Shown here: positions 57,534 to 64,000 of the stretch, one piece after another
Position numbering within the stretch: the stretch's first letter is position 1
Layout: each line of letters starts with the position of its first letter
Source: Escherichia coli
GTDB taxonomy: Bacteria; Pseudomonadota; Gammaproteobacteria; Enterobacterales; Enterobacteriaceae
Assembly: GCF_051903065.1 (NCBI RefSeq)
Contig: NZ_CP178438.1
DNA length: 64,000 nt
Reading direction: 5' to 3' (one strand)
Notes under the pieces: generated by a model
What the model saw: the letters and a program-made list of their open reading frames with translations, nothing else
What the model was told of the DNA's origin: nothing
The model's database searches: none
Made by a program: the position numbers and the translations under genes

Positions 57534-60209
57534 ATGTCGTCAACCCTACGAGAAGCCAGTAAGGACGCGTTGCAGGCCAAAGATAAAACTTACCACTACT
57601 ACAGCCTGCCGCTTGCTGCCAAATCACTGGGCGATATCACCCGTCTACCCAAGTCACTCAAAGTTTTGCTCGAAAACCTGCTGCGCTGGCAGGATGGTAA
57701 CTCGGTTACCGAAGAGGATATCCACGCGCTGGCGGGATGGCTGAAAAATGCCCATGCTGACCGTGAAATTGCCTACCGCCCGGCAAGGGTGCTGATGCAG
57801 GACTTTACCGGCGTACCTGCCGTTGTTGATCTCGCTGCAATGCGCGAAGCGGTTAAACGCCTCGGCGGCGATACTGCAAAGGTTAATCCGCTCTCACCGG
57901 TCGACCTGGTCATTGACCACTCGGTGACCGTCGATCGTTTTGGTGATGATGAGGCATTTGAAGAAAACGTACGCCTGGAAATGGAGCGCAACCACGAACG
58001 TTATGTTTTCCTGAAATGGGGAAAGCAGGCGTTCAGTCGGTTTAGCGTCGTGCCGCCAGGCACAGGCATTTGCCATCAGGTTAACCTCGAATATCTCGGC
58101 AAAGCAGTGTGGGGCGAATTGCAGGACGGTGAATGGATTGCTTATCCGGATACACTCGTTGGTACTGACTCGCACACCACCATGATCAACGGCCTTGGCG
58201 TGCTGGGGTGGGGCGTTGGTGGGATCGAAGCAGAAGCCGCAATGTTAGGCCAGCCGGTTTCCATGCTTATCCCGGACGTAGTGGGCTTCAAACTTACCGG
58301 AAAATTACGTGAAGGTATTACCGCCACAGACCTGGTTCTCACTGTTACCCAAATGCTGCGCAAACATGGCGTGGTCGGGAAATTCGTCGAATTTTATGGT
58401 GATGGTCTGGATTCACTACCGTTGGCGGATCGCGCCACCATTGCCAATATGTCGCCAGAATATGGTGCCACCTGTGGCTTCTTCCCAATCGATGCTGTCA
58501 CCCTCGATTACATGCGTTTAAGCGGGCGCAGTGAAGATCAGGTCGAGTTGGTCGAAAAATACGCCAAAGCGCAGGGCATGTGGCGTAACCCGGGCGATGA
58601 ACCGATTTTTACCAGTACGTTAGAACTGGATATGAATGACGTTGAAGCGAGCCTGGCAGGGCCAAAACGCCCACAGGATCGCGTTGCACTGCCCGATGTA
58701 CCAAAAGCATTTGCCGCCAGTAACGAACTGGAAGTGAATGCCACGCATAAAGATCGCCAGCCGGTCGATTATGTTATGAACGGACATCAGTATCAGTTAC
58801 CTGATGGCGCTGTGGTCATTGCTGCGATAACCTCGTGCACCAACACCTCTAACCCAAGTGTGCTGATGGCTGCAGGCTTGCTGGCGAAAAAAGCCGTAAC
58901 TCTGGGCCTCAAGCGGCAACCGTGGGTCAAAGCGTCGCTGGCACCAGGCTCGAAAGTTGTTTCTGACTATCTGGCAAAAGCGAAACTGACACCGTATCTC
59001 GACGAACTGGGGTTTAACCTTGTGGGATACGGTTGTACCACCTGTATTGGTAACTCTGGGCCGCTGCCCGATCCTATCGAAACGGCAATCAAAAAAGGCG
59101 ATTTAACCGTCGGTGCGGTGCTGTCCGGCAACCGTAACTTTGAAGGCCGTATCCATCCGCTGGTTAAAACTAACTGGCTGGCCTCGCCGCCGCTGGTGGT
59201 TGCCTATGCGCTGGCGGGAAATATGAATATCAACCTGGCTTCTGAGCCTATCGGCCATGATCGCAAAGGCGATCCGGTTTATCTGAAAGATATCTGGCCA
59301 TCGGCACAAGAAATTGCCCGTGCGGTAGAACAAGTCTCCACAGAAATGTTCCGCAAAGAGTACGCAGAAGTTTTTGAAGGCACTGCAGAGTGGAAAGAAA
59401 TTAACGTCGCACGATCCGATACCTACGGATGGCAGGAGGATTCAACCTATATTCGTTTATCGCCTTTCTTTGATGAAATGCAGGCAACACCAGCACCTGT
59501 GGAAGATATTCACGGTGCGCGGATCCTCGCAATGCTGGGGGATTCAGTCACCACTGACCATATCTCTCCGGCGGGCAGTATTAAGCCCGACAGCCCGGCG
59601 GGTCGATATCTACAAGGTCGGGGTGTTGAGCGAAAAGACTTTAACTCCTACGGTTCGCGGCGTGGTAACCATGAAGTGATGATGCGCGGCACCTTCGCCA
59701 ATATTCGCATCCGTAATGAAATGGTGCCTGGCGTTGAAGGGGGGATGACGCGGCATTTACCTGACAGCGATGTTGTCTCTATCTATGATGCCGCGATGCG
59801 CTATAAGCAGGAGCAAACGCCGCTGGCGGTGATTGCCGGGAAAGAGTATGGATCAGGCTCAAGCCGTGACTGGGCGGCAAAAGGTCCGCGTCTGCTTGGT
59901 ATTCGTGTGGTGATTGCCGAATCGTTTGAACGAATTCACCGTTCGAATTTAATTGGCATGGGCATCTTGCCGCTGGAATTTCCGCAAGGCGTGACGCGTA
60001 AAACGTTAGGGCTAACCGGGGAAGAGAAGATTGATATTGGCGATCTGCAAAATCTACAACCCGGCGCGACGGTTCCGGTGACGCTTACGCGCGCGGATGG
60101 TAGCCAGGAAGTCGTACCCTGCCGTTGTCGTATCGACACCGCGACGGAGTTGACCTACTACCAGAACGACGGCATTTTGCATTATGTCATTCGTAATATG
60201 CTGAAGTAA
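57534..60209 (+). CDS. acnA: Aconitate hydratase A
   Basis: 891-aa [29 protein letters not shown]... recognised as AcnA. Confidence 0.96.
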   Translation: MSSTLREASKDALQAKDKTYHYYSLPLAAKSLGDITRLPKSLKVLLENLLRWQDGNSVTEEDIHALAGWLKNAHADREIAYRPARVLMQDFTGVPAVVDLAAMREAVKRLGGDTAKVNPLSPVDLVIDHSVTVDRFGDDEAFEENVRLEMERNHERYVFLKWGKQAFSRFSVVPPGTGICHQVNLEYLGKAVWGELQDGEWIAYPDTLVGTDSHTTMINGLGVLGWGVGGIEAEAAMLGQPVSMLIPDVVGFKLTGKLREGITATDLVLTVTQMLRKHGVVGKFVEFYGDGLDSLPLADRATIANMSPEYGATCGFFPIDAVTLDYMRLSGRSEDQVELVEKYAKAQGMWRNPGDEPIFTSTLELDMNDVEASLAGPKRPQDRVALPDVPKAFAASNELEVNATHKDRQPVDYVMNGHQYQLPDGAVVIAAITSCTNTSNPSVLMAAGLLAKKAVTLGLKRQPWVKASLAPGSKVVSDYLAKAKLTPYLDELGFNLVGYGCTTCIGNSGPLPDPIETAIKKGDLTVGAVLSGNRNFEGRIHPLVKTNWLASPPLVVAYALAGNMNINLASEPIGHDRKGDPVYLKDIWPSAQEIARAVEQVSTEMFRKEYAEVFEGTAEWKEINVARSDTYGWQEDSTYIRLSPFFDEMQATPAPVEDIHGARILAMLGDSVTTDHISPAGSIKPDSPAGRYLQGRGVERKDFNSYGSRRGNHEVMMRGTFANIRIRNEMVPGVEGGMTRHLPDSDVVSIYDAAMRYKQEQTPLAVIAGKEYGSGSSRDWAAKGPRLLGIRVVIAESFERIHRSNLIGMGILPLEFPQGVTRKTLGLTGEEKIDIGDLQNLQPGATVPVTLTRADGSQEVVPCRCRIDTATELTYYQNDGILHYVIRNMLK

Positions 60210-60272
60210 CAAGTATTTGCTTGCCGGTTATTTTGCTTCCGGCAAGCAAATTAATTCCACAATGCAAGAGGG

Positions 60273-60863
60273 TTATTTGTTCAGCAAATGACCCATTTTC
60301 TCGGCTTTAGTATCGAGATAATGTTCGTTATTGGGGTTACGACCTACAATCAATGGTACGCGTTCAACAATATTAATCCCCGCTTCGGTCAGAATTTCGA
60401 CTTTTTTCGGGTTATTGGTTAACAAGCGGACTTCATTGACGCCAAGGAGTTTGAACATATCAGCGCAAAGAGTGAAGTCGCGCTCATCAGCGGCGAAGCC
60501 TAACTGGTGGTTAGCCTCTACAGTATCGTAACCTTGATCCTGCAGTGCGTAAGCGCGGATTTTATTCAGCAGACCAATGTTACGACCTTCCTGACGGTGA
60601 TACAGCAAAATACCACGGCCTTCCTCGGCAATTTGCGTCAATGCCGCTTCGAGCTGGAAGCCACAATCGCAGCGCAAGCTGAACAGGGCGTCACCGGTCA
60701 GACATTCGGAATGGACGCGCGCAAGTACCGGGGTATGCCCGGAAATATCGCCATAGACTAGCGCGACATGATCGTGTCCGGTTGCCAGTTCTTCAAATCC
60801 CACCATCAGGAAATCGCCCCATGGGGTTGGCAGTTTGGCTTCTGCCACACGTTTAAGCTGCAT
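60273..60863 (-). CDS. ribA: GTP cyclohydrolase II
   Basis: 196 aa from the ATG at 60863 ([18 protein letters not shown]...); Cys-x2-Cys-x-Cys zinc motif; track ORF extends 21 codons upstream. Confidence 0.94.
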
Positions 60864-61032
60864 GAAATTCTCCAGATAATGCTGGTTCTGTATTGGCTTA
60901 TTTTGCCATAACGAGAAGGGGTTCACCTAATCACGACGCGTCGATCGTTCACGGAATGGCACAAATCTGTCAATTTTTCCTGGAACTGGCATTTTCAGTT
61001 ATGATTGTGGGACTTATCAAAAAGGAGAGGCC

Positions 61033-61797
61033 ATGCGTTCGATTGCCAGACGTACCGCAGTGGGAGCTGCACTATTGCTTGTTATGCCAGTAGCCGTATG
61101 GATTTCTGGCTGGCGTTGGCAACCTGGAGAACAAAGTTGGCTACTAAAAGCGGCTTTTTGGGTTACTGAAACTGTCACCCAGCCCTGGGGCGTCATTACA
61201 CATTTGATTTTATTCGGCTGGTTTCTCTGGTGTCTGCGTTTTCGCATTAAGGCTGCCTTTGTATTATTTGCCATTCTGGCGGCCGCAATCCTTGTGGGAC
61301 AAGGCGTTAAATCCTGGATCAAAGACAAAGTCCAGGAACCACGACCTTTTGTTATCTGGCTGGAAAAAACACATCATATTCCGGTTGATGAGTTCTACAC
61401 TTTAAAGCGAGCAGAACGCGGAAATCTAGTGAAAGAACAGTTGGCTGAAGAGAAAAATATCCCACAATATTTGCGTTCACACTGGCAGAAAGAGACGGGG
61501 TTTGCCTTTCCTTCCGGTCACACGATGTTTGCTGCCAGTTGGGCACTGCTGGCTGTTGGTTTGCTGTGGCCGCGTCGGCGAACGTTAACCATTGCTATCT
61601 TGTTGGTCTGGGCAACTGGAGTCATGGGAAGCCGCCTGCTGCTCGGGATGCATTGGCCACGCGATCTGGTAGTAGCTACGTTGATTTCGTGGGCGCTGGT
61701 GGCGGTGGCAACGTGGCTTGCGCAACGAATTTGTGGGCCATTAACACCACCAGCGGAAGAAAATCGCGAAATAGCGCAACGAGAACAAGAAAGTTAA
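61033..61797 (+). CDS. pgpB: Phosphatidylglycerophosphatase B (PAP2 family)
   Basis: 254-aa membrane ORF with PAP2 motifs (PSGHT, SRLLLGMHWPRD), recognised as PgpB. Confidence 0.93.
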   Translation: MRSIARRTAVGAALLLVMPVAVWISGWRWQPGEQSWLLKAAFWVTETVTQPWGVITHLILFGWFLWCLRFRIKAAFVLFAILAAAILVGQGVKSWIKDKVQEPRPFVIWLEKTHHIPVDEFYTLKRAERGNLVKEQLAEEKNIPQYLRSHWQKETGFAFPSGHTMFAASWALLAVGLLWPRRRTLTIAILLVWATGVMGSRLLLGMHWPRDLVVATLISWALVAVATWLAQRICGPLTPPAEENREIAQREQES

Positions 61798-61945
61798 CGC
61801 TGGTTGATTTTCCGAATTTAGCCCTTAAATCATCAACAATGCGCGTGGATGCCATTTCGCAGACGGCGCGAAAATGGTACTTTAAAGGGCTATTGCGGTA
61901 AGTTGACCATAATTTATTCGCTCTAACCACATAACGGGAAGTAAT

Positions 61946-62254
61946 GTGAAATATTTACTCATTTTCTTACTGGTGTTAGCGATCTTCGTGATTTCGGTCA
62001 CGTTGGGTGCGCAGAACGATCAACAGGTGACGTTTAATTATCTGTTAGCGCAAGGGGAGTACCGTATTTCCACATTGCTGGCGGTATTGTTTGCTGCGGG
62101 TTTTGCTATCGGTTGGTTGATTTGTGGCCTGTTCTGGCTGCGAGTTCGTGTTTCCCTGGTGCGCGCTGAACGTAAAATAAAGCGACTGGAAAACCAGCTT
62201 TCACCCGCGACTGACGTGGCTGTAGTGCAGCACTCGTCAGCGGCGAAGGAATAA
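61946..62254 (+). CDS. lapA: LPS assembly protein LapA (YciS)
   Basis: 102-aa ORF with GTG start and two TM segments, immediately upstream of lapB. Confidence 0.85.
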   Translation: MKYLLIFLLVLAIFVISVTLGAQNDQQVTFNYLLAQGEYRISTLLAVLFAAGFAIGWLICGLFWLRVRVSLVRAERKIKRLENQLSPATDVAVVQHSSAAKE

Positions 62255-62260
62255 CTTTCT

Positions 62261-63430
62261 ATGCTGGAGTTGTTGTTTCTGCTTTTGCCTGTAGCCGCTG
62301 CCTATGGCTGGTATATGGGCCGCAGAAGTGCGCAACAAAACAAGCAAGATGAAGCCAACCGCTTGTCGCGTGATTACGTAGCGGGGGTTAACTTCCTGCT
62401 TAGTAATCAACAGGATAAAGCGGTAGACCTGTTTCTCGATATGCTTAAAGAGGATACAGGCACCGTTGAAGCCCACCTTACGCTCGGAAACCTGTTCCGT
62501 TCGCGTGGCGAAGTTGATCGCGCTATTCGCATCCATCAGACCCTAATGGAAAGCGCCTCGCTGACCTATGAACAGCGTCTGTTGGCGATTCAACAACTGG
62601 GGCGTGATTACATGGCCGCCGGGTTATATGACCGCGCGGAAGACATGTTCAATCAGCTGACCGATGAAACTGACTTCCGCATTGGCGCGCTGCAACAGTT
62701 GCTACAAATCTACCAGGCTACCAGTGAGTGGCAGAAAGCAATTGATGTTGCCGAACGCCTGGTGAAGCTGGGTAAAGATAAACAGCGCGTCGAAATTGCC
62801 CATTTCTACTGTGAGTTAGCCCTGCAGCATATGGCCAGCGACGATCTCGATCGTGCCATGACCTTGCTAAAAAAAGGGGCGGCGGCAGATAAAAACAGCG
62901 CCCGCGTATCCATCATGATGGGACGCGTGTTTATGGCGAAAGGAGAATACGCCAAAGCCGTCGAAAGTTTGCAACGCGTGATATCCCAGGACAGAGAACT
63001 GGTCAGCGAAACGCTGGAAATGCTGCAAACCTGCTATCAGCAGTTGGGTAAAACTGCCGAATGGGCAGAATTCCTGCAGCGCGCGGTGGAAGAGAACACC
63101 GGTGCCGATGCTGAATTGATGCTTGCTGATATCATCGAAGCGCGCGACGGTAGTGAGGCCGCACAGGTCTATATTACGCGCCAGCTTCAGCGTCATCCGA
63201 CCATGCGTGTGTTCCATAAGTTAATGGATTACCACTTAAATGAAGCGGAAGAAGGGCGTGCCAAAGAGAGCCTGATGGTGCTGCGTGACATGGTTGGCGA
63301 GAAGGTACGTAGTAAGCCTCGTTATCGCTGCCAGAAATGTGGTTTTACCGCATACACCCTCTACTGGCATTGTCCGTCTTGTCGTGCCTGGTCGACCATT
63401 AAACCGATTCGCGGTCTTGATGGCCTGTAA
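62261..63430 (+). CDS. lapB: LPS assembly protein LapB (YciM), TPR repeats plus C-terminal rubredoxin-like zinc finger
   Basis: 389-aa ORF with C-terminal CQKCGF...CPSC motif, recognised as LapB. Confidence 0.93.
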   Translation: MLELLFLLLPVAAAYGWYMGRRSAQQNKQDEANRLSRDYVAGVNFLLSNQQDKAVDLFLDMLKEDTGTVEAHLTLGNLFRSRGEVDRAIRIHQTLMESASLTYEQRLLAIQQLGRDYMAAGLYDRAEDMFNQLTDETDFRIGALQQLLQIYQATSEWQKAIDVAERLVKLGKDKQRVEIAHFYCELALQHMASDDLDRAMTLLKKGAAADKNSARVSIMMGRVFMAKGEYAKAVESLQRVISQDRELVSETLEMLQTCYQQLGKTAEWAEFLQRAVEENTGADAELMLADIIEARDGSEAAQVYITRQLQRHPTMRVFHKLMDYHLNEAEEGRAKESLMVLRDMVGEKVRSKPRYRCQKCGFTAYTLYWHCPSCRAWSTIKPIRGLDGL

Positions 63431-63621
63431 TTTTTAAAAAAATCCGACTTTAGTTACAACATACTTGTTATTGATGTTCCATTGTGCTCCGGCAACGACG
63501 GCGCAGAAAAGCCTGCCAGGGGAGAAATCGCAACTGTTAATTTTTTATTTCCACGGGTAGAATGCTCGCCGTTTACCTGTTTCGCGCCACTTCCGGTGCC
63601 CATCATCAAGAAGGTCTGGTC

Positions 63622-64000
63622 ATGACGTTAACTGCTTCATCTTCTTCCCGCGCTGTTACGAATTCTCCTGTGGTTGTTGCCCTTGATTATCATAATCGTG
63701 ATGCCGCGCTGGCCTTTGTCGACAAGATCGACCCACGCGATTGTCGTCTGAAGGTCGGCAAAGAGATGTTTACATTGTTTGGGCCACAGTTTGTGCGCGA
63801 ACTTCAACAGCGTGGTTTTGATATCTTTCTTGACCTGAAATTCCACGATATCCCCAACACTGCAGCGCACGCTGTCGCTGCTGCAGCTGACTTAGGCGTG
63901 TGGATGGTGAATGTTCATGCCTCTGGTGGGGCGCGTATGATGACCGCAGCGCGTGAGGCACTGGTTCCGTATGGCAAAGATGCACCGCTTTTGATTGCTG
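63622..64000 (+). CDS. pyrF: Orotidine-5'-phosphate decarboxylase (3' end beyond the window)
   Basis: ATG at 63622; N-terminal sequence [50 protein letters not shown]... recognised as PyrF; ORF runs off the window end. Confidence 0.9.
   Translation, partial: MTLTASSSSRAVTNSPVVVALDYHNRDAALAFVDKIDPRDCRLKVGKEMFTLFGPQFVRELQQRGFDIFLDLKFHDIPNTAAHAVAAAADLGVWMVNVHASGGARMMTAAREALVPYGKDAPLLIA

Overview
This window reads as a contiguous, syntenic segment of an Escherichia coli-type chromosome, and I find no evidence of an undescribed multi-gene system: every ORF above about 150 aa on the track is either a recognisable gene or an antisense/overlap artefact. Gene order is narK - narGHJI - tyrV/tyrT (tandem tRNA-Tyr) - purU - ychJ - rssA - rssB - galU - hns - tdk - adhE - ychE - oppABCDF - yciU - clsA - yciY - kch - yciI - tonB - yciA - yciB - yciC - ompW - yciEFG - trpABCDE/trpL - yciV - yciO - yciQ - rluB - btuR - yciK - sohB - yciN - topA - cysB - ymiA - yciX - acnA - ribA - pgpB - lapA - lapB - pyrF (3' partial). 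What stands out is strain-specific: (1) a complete 768-bp IS1 with an 8-bp target duplication between narK and narG, ending 28 bp from the upstream NarL heptamer cluster of narG; (2) a complete 1426-bp IS4 with an intact 442-aa transposase and a 12-bp target duplication, inserted in the palindromic terminator between convergent tdk and adhE; (3) yciQ split across two reading frames, so either a pseudogene or a 1-bp sequence error; (4) a tpr-like ORF after the tRNA-Tyr genes with an in-frame TAA at codon 6. Gene names come from my recognition of the translated proteins and classic regulatory sequences (trp promoter/operator/attenuator, tyrT promoter, FNR boxes); no database search was run, and all comparisons to K-12 are from memory.
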